Positions 1 to 9,415 of a DNA stretch of 42,409 bases are shown here, piece after piece (the stretch's first letter is position 1; each line of letters starts with the position of its first letter). Source of the DNA: an uncultured Collinsella sp. GTDB lineage: Bacteria; Actinomycetota; Coriobacteriia; Coriobacteriales; Coriobacteriaceae. The notes under the pieces are model-generated. The model had not been told where the DNA came from and did not search any database. It saw only the letters and a list, made by a program, of their open reading frames with translations. A program made the position numbers and the translations under genes. The stretch lies in assembly GCA_902481965.1 (NCBI GenBank), contig CABSYH010000001.1:1-42409 (forward strand). Reading direction: 5' to 3'.

Positions 1-296
1 GATCCGGTCCGACCGGGCCGCGCGGCAAGGAGATATATTGCCAGACCGGAGGGGCCCCGGGGGCGGGAATCTGGTACTCCATATTTTGTTCACAAATAAA
101 TAGGTCCCTCAGTCGCGTCACTGAGGTTAATAACTGAAGCATCAGCTTCTGGTATTGGCGACGACCAGCTGTTTTATGTGTATTGAGGCATCGGTCATCT
201 CTGGAGCGCCACTTTACTCCAAAAGCATCAGCCATTTGTTTCCCGTCGGTAAAAGGCAGGTTTTGTTCGCCAAGCGTTCTTATATGTAGAGAAGTT

Positions 297-541
297 CGGG
301 TTCGAACCCGTGAAAGGGCGACAAAAAAGACGGCCAACCGAAGTTGACCGTCTCAACAATCTTTGGGTGGGCCGTCAGGGGTTCAGCCTGCTCCGCAGGC
401 GGCCGCTGTGGCGCTTCACGCCTTGCGCGCTGCGCTGACAAACGTTCACGCGTTTCCTCAGCCCCGCGCCCCGACGGGTTCGAACCCACGTCGCGGCAAC
501 AAAAAAGCGGCCGGCATCTGCCAGTCGCTTTTCTATTCTAT
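297..541 (-). repeat. tRNA-Lys-linked repeat units: 19-bp copy of the tRNA 3' end, T-arm-like hairpins and terminators
   Basis: ggtgggccgtcaggggttc at 366-384 equals 542-560; gggttcgaaccc at 298-309 and 476-487, each followed on the plus strand by an A-tract plus hairpin (323-353, 501-532). Confidence 0.8.
501..532 (-). terminator. Intrinsic terminator downstream of tRNA-Lys
   Basis: aaaaaagcggccggc-atct-gccagtcgctttt hairpin; gives a U-tract on the minus strand. Confidence 0.7.
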
Positions 542-616
542 GGTGGGCCGTCAGGGGTTCGAACCCTGGACCTTGGGATTAAAAGTCCCCTGCTCTGCCA
601 GCTGAGCTAACGGCCC
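541..616 (-). tRNA. tRNA-Lys (anticodon TTT)
   Basis: Reverse complement GGGCCGTTAGCTCAGCTGGCAGAGCAGGGGACTTTTAATCCCAAGGTCCAGGGTTCGAACCCCTGACGGCCCACCA forms a 76-nt cloverleaf with encoded CCA. Confidence 0.97.
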
Positions 617-644
617 GCGGGTGGCATTGTACCACGGTCTGGGA

Positions 645-1937
645 CTATTCCCAACTCCATTGGCCGTTCTGGAAAATCACAACTTCACGTCCATCGGACG
701 TAATGCCCGTAATATCGATGTCGTCCGTACCGATCATAAAGTCGACATGCGTGCTCGAAACGTTAACGCCATGCTCCAGGAGTTCCTCTTTGGACATGTC
801 GTACCCGCCTTCGATGCATTCAGGGAAACCAACACCCAACGCAAGGTGACAGCTGGCGTTCTCGTCATAGAGTGTGTCATAGAACAGAACACCGCTTTCG
901 CGAATCGGCGTATTTTTGGAGATAAGCGCGACCTCACCCAGATGAGCAGCGCCTTCATCGGTGTCAATAATGCTCGCAAGTGTTGCCTTGCCCACGCGAG
1001 CGTCGTAGTCCACCACGCGGCCGCCCTCGAACTTAATCCAAAAATCGTCAACCTTGTTACCGTGATGAATGAGCGGCATAGCCGAATACACGATACCGTC
1101 GGCACGCATACGATCGGGCGAGGTGAAGACTTCCTCGGTGGGAATGTTGGGGAAGAAGGGGTGTCCATCGGGCGTCTTGCCCTTGCCGCCGGCCCACTCG
1201 TGACCCTTCGTCATGCCAATCGTCAGATCGGTTCCATTTGCCGCGGTGTAATGCAGGTAGTCGAAACGATTGTCGTTCAGGAAACGCAGGTTCTTTTCGA
1301 ATGCGGCGTCATGGAGTTCCCAGTCGCTCTCCGGGTCCTGGCCATCGGCGCGCGCGGTGTGCAGAATCGCATTCCACAGTTTATAGATTGCAACCTCATC
1401 GGCGTCTCCTGGGAACACCTCGTGCGCCCAAGCCACGACCGGAGCGCCGGCGATGCACCACGGATTGATGTTGTAATCCAGTCCACGGCGGAAAACTTTG
1501 CACTGCGTATTCCTCGCCTTTGATGCCGCGGCCGGCTTGGCTGGATCGATGCCCTTGAGGGCCGCAGGATCCGCACCTTCGATAAAGACAAAGCAGGCAC
1601 CATCCTGGGCCAAGGAATCCAGCTGCATGCGCTTCCACTCGGGTGTCTGCTCAAAATAGCTTTTCTCGACATGCTCGTACGTGAGCCTCGTCACGGCATC
1701 ATCGGCCCAAATGACCGTCACGTGGCCGGCGCCGGCAGCATAGGCCTCCGCGACCACCACGCGCGCAAACGGCGCGCACTCGACCGGAGACTGAACGACG
1801 ACTTCCTGGCCGGGCTTAACGTTTACGCCCTTGCGGACGACCAGGCGCGCGTAGTTTTTAATCTTGGGCTCCAGGGCCTTCATGCCCTCCAGAGCCTCTT
1901 CGACCGTCAGGGCAGCTCGAATCATGTGCCACTCCAT
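645..1937 (-). CDS. Aminopeptidase, M29 family (PepS/AmpS-like)
   Basis: Motifs NIPTEEVFTSP, GEVAL, TLYDENASCHLALG and HVDFMIG are typical of M29 peptidases; start may be a few codons downstream. Confidence 0.92.
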   Translation of the reverse strand: MEWHMIRAALTVEEALEGMKALEPKIKNYARLVVRKGVNVKPGQEVVVQSPVECAPFARVVVAEAYAAGAGHVTVIWADDAVTRLTYEHVEKSYFEQTPEWKRMQLDSLAQDGACFVFIEGADPAALKGIDPAKPAAASKARNTQCKVFRRGLDYNINPWCIAGAPVVAWAHEVFPGDADEVAIYKLWNAILHTARADGQDPESDWELHDAAFEKNLRFLNDNRFDYLHYTAANGTDLTIGMTKGHEWAGGKGKTPDGHPFFPNIPTEEVFTSPDRMRADGIVYSAMPLIHHGNKVDDFWIKFEGGRVVDYDARVGKATLASIIDTDEGAAHLGEVALISKNTPIRESGVLFYDTLYDENASCHLALGVGFPECIEGGYDMSKEELLEHGVNVSSTHVDFMIGTDDIDITGITSDGREVVIFQNGQWSWE

Positions 1938-1953
1938 CTATCTATAGAACAGT

Positions 1954-1984
1954 AAAAAGGCGCGCCGCAAAAACGACGCGCCTT
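1954..1984 (-). terminator. Intrinsic terminator of the purC transcription unit
   Basis: aaaaaggcgcg...cgcgcctt hairpin with a minus-strand U-tract. Confidence 0.6.
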
Positions 1985-2014
1985 ATATCTTAGCGATAAG
2001 TATGTATACAAACG

Positions 2015-2590
2015 CTACTTCTTCTTGGAGTCCTTCTTGTCCTCCTCGGCAGCCGCGCGCTCAATAAGAGCGTTGAGCTTGTTCTCGGACATGCCCTCGG
2101 CCTGCGCGCGGTACATGTTGCGCAAGGGACGAATACGAGCGAAGTCATAGATAAAGTCGCCCAAAATGATGACATAGGACAAAACAATGCCGACCATCTG
2201 GACAGGGCTGGACACCATGCCAGCGGGAGCGAAGTACAGCGAGGCCCAAATTGCCACGACGAGCACCATGCCAATGGCGAGCACAATCCACCAGATGCGA
2301 CGGCGCTTGGTGTAGTCCTCGTCCTGCTTGAGGAGGATATTCGACACCGTATAGATGCGGTCCTCCTTGGCACGCTGCTTAGCCTTGCGGGCGCGCTTCT
2401 CCTCTTTAGAGAGGCCCTCGAGGTTCTCGCCCTTCTCGAGCTCTTTGCGGCGTGCCTTAGACGAAGCCGGCACGACGCGAACGGAGCTCGCTGCTTGGCG
2501 GGCGGGCTTAGCAGATGCGGCAGACTTGCGCGCAACCCCGGTAACTTCGTGGGATTGCGTGCGCTTGTTCGTGGCGCTACGGGTACTCAC
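2015..2590 (-). CDS. Hypothetical membrane protein: basic N-terminus, two TM helices
   Basis: 191-aa ORF; GTG start abuts the purC stop; hydrophobic segments IWWIVLAIGMVLVVAIWASLYF and MVGIVLSYVIILG. Confidence 0.8.
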   Translation of the reverse strand: MSTRSATNKRTQSHEVTGVARKSAASAKPARQAASSVRVVPASSKARRKELEKGENLEGLSKEEKRARKAKQRAKEDRIYTVSNILLKQDEDYTKRRRIWWIVLAIGMVLVVAIWASLYFAPAGMVSSPVQMVGIVLSYVIILGDFIYDFARIRPLRNMYRAQAEGMSENKLNALIERAAAEEDKKDSKKK

Positions 2591-3478
2591 TTATGCGTTC
2601 TCCTTCATGCTTGTGAACTGGGAGCCCGTGATGATCTGGAAGGCCTCGCGATAGCGCTCGGACGTGCCATCGATGACCTCGGCGGGCAGGTGCGGGGTCT
2701 CCCCCGTCATATCCCAGTTGGCCTTGAGCCAATTGCGGACGAATTGCTTGTCGTAGCTAGGCTGGATCTTGCCCTCCTCGTAGCTGGCAGCAGGCCAGAA
2801 ACGGCTGGAGTCGGGCGTGAGGCACTCGTCGATCAGCGTGACCTTGCCATCAATAACACCAAACTCGAACTTGGTGTCGGCAATGATGATGCCACGGGTC
2901 GCGGCGTACTCGGCAGCGGCCTTGTAGATCTTGAGGGAAAGGTCACGAATCTGCGTGGCGATGTCCTCGCCCACGATCTCGCAGCAACGCTCGAACGAGA
3001 TGTTCTCGTCGTGGTCACCGATCTCGGCCTTCGTGGACGGCGTGAACAGCGGCTCAGGAAGCTTGGAAGCCTCGGTCAGGCCCTCAGGCAGCTGGATGCC
3101 GCAGACGGTGCCGTTCTCGTCGTAGGTCTTCTTGCCCGAACCGGTCAGATAGCCGCGGACGATGCACTCGATAGGAATCGTCTGGGCCTTCTTAACCAGC
3201 ATGGCGCGGCCAGCGAGGTAGTCACGATACTCAGCAAACTCCTCGGGGAAATCCGCCGGGTCGATGGAAACGAGATGGTTGGGGACGATGTCGGCAAACT
3301 TATCGAACCAGAATGCCGAGATGCGATTGAGTACCTCTCCCTTAAACGGAATCTCGTCGGGAAGAATGAAGTCGAACGCAGAAATGCGGTCGGTGGCAAC
3401 CATCAGCAGGTTTTCACCGGCATCGTAAATATCACGAACCTTGCCACGGGAATCCGGACGACGCTCCATCGTTGTCAC
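2591..3478 (-). CDS. purC: Phosphoribosylaminoimidazole-succinocarboxamide synthase
   Basis: GKVRDIY, ATDRISAFD, ECIVRGYLTGS, IIADTKFEFG, LTPDSSRFW, DKQFVR; GTG at 3478 is suitably spaced from AGGAG. Confidence 0.96.
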   Translation of the reverse strand: MTTMERRPDSRGKVRDIYDAGENLLMVATDRISAFDFILPDEIPFKGEVLNRISAFWFDKFADIVPNHLVSIDPADFPEEFAEYRDYLAGRAMLVKKAQTIPIECIVRGYLTGSGKKTYDENGTVCGIQLPEGLTEASKLPEPLFTPSTKAEIGDHDENISFERCCEIVGEDIATQIRDLSLKIYKAAAEYAATRGIIIADTKFEFGVIDGKVTLIDECLTPDSSRFWPAASYEEGKIQPSYDKQFVRNWLKANWDMTGETPHLPAEVIDGTSERYREAFQIITGSQFTSMKENA

Positions 3479-3587
3479 GTGAGTCACTCCTTACCTAAAT
3501 ACGACAGAAATGCGGGTTCTTTCCCGCATGTTTTCGCAAACTCGGAGCGGCAGGGACGCGGCCCCTCCTTCACCGAATAGCGAAAAG

Positions 3588-5153
3588 CTAGTGCTCCATT
3601 GTAGTAGATGCCGCGTCTGCCGTGTGCTCGCGGGGCAGATGAATTGTAAAAGTCGTACCCTTTCCAAGCTCCGACTCCACGGATATGTAGCCATGGTGAC
3701 GCTCGACGATCTGCTTGGTCACGGCGAGGCCAACGCCCAGGCCGCCGGCTTCGCGGGCGCGGCTGGCATCGGCGCGCCAAAATCGTCCGAAGATACGCGA
3801 CAGATCGTCCTTGGCAATACCGATACCGGTATCAGAAACGGCAATGCTGACGTGCTTGCGGTCACTGAGCACCGACACCACGACCCAACCGCCCTCGGGG
3901 GTGTAGCGCATGGCGTTGCTCATGAGGTTGATAACACATTGCGTGATCATGTCGGGATCGGCCTCGACGACATCGTCGTGACCCTGGGTCTCGTCCGCAA
4001 AACGCAGGCGCAGATCGCGGTCGACAAACAGGCGCTCCTGGGCATTGACGATGGAACGCACGAAAGGAACCATGTCCACCGGCTCAAGGTTGAGCGGAGC
4101 CGTGCTGTTTTCCATGCGCGACAGGTCGAGCATCTTCTGCACCAGACGAGCCAAGCGGCGCGTCTCGGAAGCAACGGTCTCTAAATGCTCATCGTCGGTG
4201 GGATACACGCCATCCTGCATGGCCTCGACCGTTGCGAGCATGGCCATAAGCGGCGTGCGAAGCTCGTGTGCAACGTCTGAGGTCAGGCGCTTCTCGTGTT
4301 TCATATCCTTCTCGAGCGAAGTGGCCATCTCGTCGAAGGTCTCTCCCAGCTGATCGATTTCGTCATCGCCGCGCAAGCCCGTACGAGCGGACAAATCGCC
4401 GTCGCGAATCTGCTTGGCGGTGCTGGTAATACGATGAATCGGCTTGGTGAGCATGCGCGACACGAGCGATCCGATAATGACCGAAATGCAGATTGCAACA
4501 ACCGCGGCGAGGGCCATGGCGTTAAAGGTCTTCTCTCTGAATGCTGAATCTGCCCTGGTGAGCAGGGCATCGGAGCCAATCGCCCACAATTTGACCTGGC
4601 CCACGTGCTCGCCGGAGGACGTCACGATCTCAACGTTGGCAACACTATTGGAATCGGTGGGAGCAGACGAGACTGGGCTGTGCGATGCCCTCTTGCCGCT
4701 CGTGTCGTCGGTCGTCGCCTGATTTTCGCGTACATCGGCAGTAGCGCTTGCCGAGGGCCAGGAATCGTCATAAACGATCACGCCCTTTTTATTGACGACC
4801 TGCATGCCCAGATCGTCGGAAACCAAACTCGACGTTGCGACCGTGCGCAGTTCTCCCGCGGTCCAAGAGCCGTTTTCCTCATATGAGGTTGCCAACTTCT
4901 CGGCAGCGGAATTTGCGATTTCGACGATATTGGAGCGTGTGTAATCCGAAAAGACCGTGCCCCACACAACAGAGACAACGCCCACCAGCACCAATACCGT
5001 CATGAGCGATGTCAGAGCAAAAGCAAGTGCCATGCGCGAGGGATAGCTCATCGTTGGCCGTGAATCGGAACGAGGCGTGTTCCAACTAGCCTTGGAACCC
5101 GCCTCGCTCTCCTGCTTGTGCTTTTGTCCGATTTCAAAGCGCGCAGGTGTCAT
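3588..5153 (-). CDS. Membrane sensor histidine kinase (HAMP-HisKA-HATPase, BaeS-like)
   Basis: Two TM helices, HAMP (DEIDQLGETFDEMA), H-box AHELRTPL, N-box NLMSNAMRY, DTGIGI, GLGVGL. Confidence 0.95.
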   Translation of the reverse strand: MTPARFEIGQKHKQESEAGSKASWNTPRSDSRPTMSYPSRMALAFALTSLMTVLVLVGVVSVVWGTVFSDYTRSNIVEIANSAAEKLATSYEENGSWTAGELRTVATSSLVSDDLGMQVVNKKGVIVYDDSWPSASATADVRENQATTDDTSGKRASHSPVSSAPTDSNSVANVEIVTSSGEHVGQVKLWAIGSDALLTRADSAFREKTFNAMALAAVVAICISVIIGSLVSRMLTKPIHRITSTAKQIRDGDLSARTGLRGDDEIDQLGETFDEMATSLEKDMKHEKRLTSDVAHELRTPLMAMLATVEAMQDGVYPTDDEHLETVASETRRLARLVQKMLDLSRMENSTAPLNLEPVDMVPFVRSIVNAQERLFVDRDLRLRFADETQGHDDVVEADPDMITQCVINLMSNAMRYTPEGGWVVVSVLSDRKHVSIAVSDTGIGIAKDDLSRIFGRFWRADASRAREAGGLGVGLAVTKQIVERHHGYISVESELGKGTTFTIHLPREHTADAASTTMEH

Positions 5154-5164
5154 ATGTGATTTCC

Positions 5165-5887
5165 CTATTTCTCGTCCGACTTATCGGTCTTGGCCGGAGC
5201 CTCGAAGCGATAGCCGACACCATGGACGGTGTAGAGCCACTTGGGCTTCTTGGGATCATCGCCCAGCTTGGCGCGAAGGTTCTTCACGTGGCTATCGATG
5301 GTGCGCTCATAACCCTCAAAGTCATACCCGAGCACCTTCTCGACCAGCTCCATGCGGTTATACACACGGCCGGGATGGCGGGCAAGCGTGGTGAGCAGCT
5401 TGAACTCGGAAGCCGTCAGGTCGACTTCCTTGCCCTCGACCAAGATCTTGTGGCCCGAGATATCGATGACCAGATCGCCGAAGTCGAGTACCTCGACGGC
5501 GGGCTCGTCGGCCTGATGGGCACGGCGGAACAGAGCGCGAACGCGGGCGACGAGCTCGCGCGGCGAGAACGGCTTAATCAGATAGTCGTCGGCGCCGAGC
5601 TCAAGACCGATAATACGGTCCTCGATCTCACCCTTGGCAGTCAGCATGATGATGGGGACATCCGAGGTATCGCGAATGGTGCGGCAAACGCGCTCGCCGG
5701 GGATCTTGGGAAGCATAAGGTCGAGCACGACCAGGTCGAACTGATGCTTCTCGAACTCCTCGATCGCGGACTGGCCGTCGCCGACGCCCACAACCCAGTA
5801 GCCTTCGCGCTCGAGATAGGCAGCGACGGCGTCACGGATTGCCTTCTCATCCTCGACCAGCAGAATCTTTTTTGCATCTGAAGCCAT
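5165..5887 (-). CDS. OmpR/PhoB-family response regulator
   Basis: ILLVEDE, VLDLMLP, MLTAK, GADDYLIKPF, wHTH with RTIDSHVKNLR and TVHGVGYRF; ATG at 5887 preferred. Confidence 0.95.
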   Translation of the reverse strand: MASDAKKILLVEDEKAIRDAVAAYLEREGYWVVGVGDGQSAIEEFEKHQFDLVVLDLMLPKIPGERVCRTIRDTSDVPIIMLTAKGEIEDRIIGLELGADDYLIKPFSPRELVARVRALFRRAHQADEPAVEVLDFGDLVIDISGHKILVEGKEVDLTASEFKLLTTLARHPGRVYNRMELVEKVLGYDFEGYERTIDSHVKNLRAKLGDDPKKPKWLYTVHGVGYRFEAPAKTDKSDEK

Positions 5888-6040
5888 AACACGGCCCCCC
5901 TGTCTCAATTAGCTAAGAACAAGCCCATTTTAACGCACCTGAGCCCGCCGGATGCCGCTATGACGCGGCAGCTCGGCGGGCGGTACTCACAATTACAACG
6001 CGTTTATTCCCCTGTTGGCGCCTTTTTAACCCCTCTAAGC

Positions 6041-7252
6041 TTAAAGAGAGAATAGGCGTGCAGTGACCGTCTCGGGTATACCCTGGCTGTTGCGTACCGT
6101 GGCGTACGTAAGAAATGAGTCCGACTTTCCCGCCGTAGCTGGATAATCGCCATACTCTAAAGCGCGGTCGGGCGACAGCAGCGAGCCATAGGTCTTGGCA
6201 GAGGTGTCGATCAGGAAATGCGACGCCTGTACCTTAACAAGGTATTTATTCTTCTTGCCAGCCGCACATGCGAGCGGCTCGCGGGACAGGAAGAGATACG
6301 GCCCTCCCTCATTACCGATATACGTGCCCATGTTGCCCAGGCTGCCCACGCCACTATAGGTCGCCTCGATAGAAAACACGAAGGTATCGCCCATGTATAC
6401 GGCCTCGAAAGGCGAGACTGACGAGGGAAGAACTAGCTGGGCACGTTTGGTGTTGTTGCCGTCGGTCAGATCGATTGCCGTTATGCCGTAGTAGACGCCT
6501 TCGTCGTTGCGGACACGCGGCGAGATGGTCAAAATGCCGTCGCACGCGCGCGGGGCCGATGCAAAGCGGCCCGTCGATTTCCAAATTACCCCGGCCTTGG
6601 ATTCATCAAGCGAGCGACGATAGCAAAACGAATCGCTACTCGTTTTATTGCCGCCTGCCGAAGGCATTTTATACCAGATGACTGATGACCCGAACGCCGT
6701 AAACAGCGGCGGATCATAGTCCTTGCCACCTCGATCGAGCTCAACCACGTCGCCAGAGAGCGAAGCGCCCGACAGATTTTGACCGTAGAGCTTCCACGAT
6801 GAATTGGCAAAGTTCATCTCAACCCACGCGAATACGCTGTCGCCGGCACGGACATCGTAGAATGCATATCCCGTGCCCTCGATAGGATCCTCGATTAATG
6901 TGGTAAGCGAGCCATCGCCCAGGTTGAGCACACCGAGTGTGTTGGCGTGCAGTGCCGATGCGGGCGCCATCATCGCCGCGGCGTAATCGCCGTCGCAGTA
7001 GTACAGCAGCGTACCCAGAGGCAGCGTCCATGACGCCGCCGGCTCAAGATCGATGTCGACTGCCTCGTACTCATCCGTAATCGAGATAATTTTGGAATCG
7101 TCCTTGATAACCTGCGGCTCGCCGGCGGCATCATCGCTGGTGCCCGTTTTTTTCGAGCATCCGGCAAGCACCGTGGCAGCGCCCGCGGCAGCCCCACCGA
7201 GTACAAAGCCGCGACGCGATATTCCGTTCTTGATGTGATCGGCGATACCCAT
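6041..7252 (-). CDS. Tat-exported lipoprotein of unknown function
   Basis: Twin-arginine motif SRRGFV followed by lipobox LAGC; beta-rich body. Confidence 0.8.
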   Translation of the reverse strand: MGIADHIKNGISRRGFVLGGAAAGAATVLAGCSKKTGTSDDAAGEPQVIKDDSKIISITDEYEAVDIDLEPAASWTLPLGTLLYYCDGDYAAAMMAPASALHANTLGVLNLGDGSLTTLIEDPIEGTGYAFYDVRAGDSVFAWVEMNFANSSWKLYGQNLSGASLSGDVVELDRGGKDYDPPLFTAFGSSVIWYKMPSAGGNKTSSDSFCYRRSLDESKAGVIWKSTGRFASAPRACDGILTISPRVRNDEGVYYGITAIDLTDGNNTKRAQLVLPSSVSPFEAVYMGDTFVFSIEATYSGVGSLGNMGTYIGNEGGPYLFLSREPLACAAGKKNKYLVKVQASHFLIDTSAKTYGSLLSPDRALEYGDYPATAGKSDSFLTYATVRNSQGIPETVTARLFSL

Positions 7253-7515
7253 TAGGCGATCTCGGCGCGAGCGGCCTCGATAGCGCGTGTAAGCTGGTCG
7301 GCGCAGGAGGTCTTTTTCATACCGCAGGTATTACCGGCGAGAACCTCGATTACGCGATCGGCAGGAGCGCCCTCGACCAGCTTGGAGATAGCCTTGAGAT
7401 TGCCGTCGCAGCCGCCGGTAAACTCAACGCCCATCACCTTGTTGCCGTCATCGGAAAGGTCAAGGTGAATATTGCGAGCACACACGCCCTGAGGCTTGTA
7501 ATCAAACGAAATCAT
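7252..7515 (-). CDS. Small 4-Cys TSCPD-domain protein (TIGR03905-like)
   Basis: GVCAR, FTGGCDGNLKAISKLVEG and CGMKKTSCADQL match this family's pattern as I recall it. Confidence 0.85.
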   Translation of the reverse strand: MISFDYKPQGVCARNIHLDLSDDGNKVMGVEFTGGCDGNLKAISKLVEGAPADRVIEVLAGNTCGMKKTSCADQLTRAIEAARAEIA

Positions 7516-7643
7516 GCGATCCCCTCTCAGAATGTTATTCGAGACGACTATTATCCCCGTCTTTCCCTAAATGCAACGAGGCGCTTTGCCGGCAACACAC
7601 ATTACCAGCAAAGCGCCCTAAAAATCTAACGTTATGCCCGAAC

Positions 7644-8990
7644 CTACTCGAAGCTCAGCTGCTCCAGACGATCAAAGACCGTATCAATGCGGGTGAGGAA
7701 GTCCCACGGATCAAAGATCTCGTCGAGCTTCTCCTGACTGACGGTGCAGCGCGGGTCGGCCTCGAGACGCTCCTTAAAGGTGGGGCCGGAGACGCAATCC
7801 TGTACCTCGTGCCAGGTTGCCATGGCGTTCTCTTGCACAATGGCGTACGCGTCCTCGCGGGTGATGCCCGTATCGACGAGGGCGAGCAGCACCTTGGAGG
7901 AGAAGATGAGGCCGCGCGTCTTGTTGAGGTTGGCCATCATGCGAGCGGGATACAGCTGCAGGCCGTCGATAACGCGGATGAGGCACTGGAACATGTGGTC
8001 GAGGGCGATGAAGCTGTCGGCCTGGGCGACGCGCTCGGCGGAGGAGTGCGAAATGTCACGCTCGTGCCACAGGGCGACGTTATCGAAGGCAACCTGGGCG
8101 TTGGACTTCACGACGCGCGACAGACCGCAGACTTTCTCCATGGTGATGGGGTTGCGCTTGTGCGGCATGGCGGAGCTGCCCTTTTGGCCCTTACGGAACG
8201 GCTCCTCGGCCTCGAGCGTATCAGTCTTCTGCAGGTTGCGGACCTCGGTAGCGATGCGCTCGCAGGTGGCCGCGGTGGTGGCGAGAACGCCGGCGAGATA
8301 GGCGTGATGGTCGCGGCTGATAACCTGCGTGGACAGCGGGTCGTGAACCAGGCCCAGGTGCTCGCAGACATACTCCTCGACAAACGGCTCGATGGAGCTG
8401 TACGTGCCGACAGCGCCCGAGATGGCACCGAAGGCAACATTCTTGCGAGCGTCCTCAAGACGATCCAGATCGCGCTTGAGCTCCCAGGCCCAAGAGCCAA
8501 ACTTCATGCCGAAGGTCATCGGCTCGGCGTGGATGCCATGAGTGCGGCCGGCACAGAGCGTGTTGCGCTCCTCGAAGGCACGACGCTTGCAAATCTCGCC
8601 GAGCTTCTTGACATCCTCGATGATCAGGTCGCAGGCCTGGGTGAGCTGGTAGCACAGGGCCGTGTCGCCCAGATCGGAGCTGGTCATGCCATAGTGAACC
8701 CAGCGGCTGGGCTTGGGGTCGCCCTCGGGAACATCGGCATCGATGTATTCCTTCATGTTGGTCAGGAAGGCAATGACGTCGTGGCGCGTGACTTCCTCGA
8801 TCTCATCGACCTTCGCCTTCTCAAAGTTGGCATGGTCGCGGATCCACTGGGCCTCGTCTTTGGAAATACCGATCTTGCCGAGCTCCGCCTGGGCCTCGCA
8901 GGCCAGAACCTCGATCTCCTGCCAAATGGCGTACTTGTTCTCGAGGGAGAAGATGTGTCCCATCTCCGGGCGGGTATAGCGATCGATCAT
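7644..8990 (-). CDS. purB: Adenylosuccinate lyase
   Basis: MIDRY start after AGGAG; RHDVIAF, HYGMTSSD, GRTHGIHAEP, GSSAMPHKRNP. Confidence 0.97.
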   Translation of the reverse strand: MIDRYTRPEMGHIFSLENKYAIWQEIEVLACEAQAELGKIGISKDEAQWIRDHANFEKAKVDEIEEVTRHDVIAFLTNMKEYIDADVPEGDPKPSRWVHYGMTSSDLGDTALCYQLTQACDLIIEDVKKLGEICKRRAFEERNTLCAGRTHGIHAEPMTFGMKFGSWAWELKRDLDRLEDARKNVAFGAISGAVGTYSSIEPFVEEYVCEHLGLVHDPLSTQVISRDHHAYLAGVLATTAATCERIATEVRNLQKTDTLEAEEPFRKGQKGSSAMPHKRNPITMEKVCGLSRVVKSNAQVAFDNVALWHERDISHSSAERVAQADSFIALDHMFQCLIRVIDGLQLYPARMMANLNKTRGLIFSSKVLLALVDTGITREDAYAIVQENAMATWHEVQDCVSGPTFKERLEADPRCTVSQEKLDEIFDPWDFLTRIDTVFDRLEQLSFE

Positions 8991-9092
8991 AGCGGCTCCT
9001 TTTTGGTTATTGGCACGTTGGTCGTAACCCAACCATTGTACCGTGCGCAGGTGCAAGTATGGGCAGCAGGCATTAACCTAACATTTTGGAAT

Positions 9093-9415
9093 TGGAGCGG
9101 GCATGGGGACGTCCGCGTATTCGCTTCGCAAATCCGCACCGGCTTCAGGCGAGCCCCTCAGCCTCACGAAGCCGCGGGGGAAGACTTTGTTGAATTGGCC
9201 GTCCCCATGTCTCCCGCACTCGATGGAGCGGGCAACGGGACATCCGCGTATTTGCTTCGCAAATCCGCACCGGCTTCAGGCGCCTGTCGGCGCCTTCGCC
9301 TGCTCGCTACAAACGCTTCGCGTTTGCTTTACGCTCGCACCCTGTCGGGTTCGAGTCCCGGCGCTTTATTGAAAAAAGCACGGCACCGTAATGGTGCCGT
9401 GCTTGTGCTTCTAGC
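9093..9415 (-). repeat. tRNA-Gly-linked tandem repeat units (131 bp and 192 bp)
   Basis: tggagcgggca at 9093, 9224 and 9416; 40-bp core at 9112-9151 vs 9243-9282 is 39/40 identical. Confidence 0.85.
9372..9404 (-). terminator. Intrinsic terminator downstream of tRNA-Gly
   Basis: aaaaaagcacggcacc-gtaat-ggtgccgtgctt perfect stem with a minus-strand U-tract. Confidence 0.8.

Noticed and set aside
366..560. attL/attR of a prophage or ICE at tRNA-Lys (likewise at tRNA-Gly)
   Set aside because: The duplications enclose under 200 bp and the window has no integrase; reported as miniature tRNA-linked units instead.
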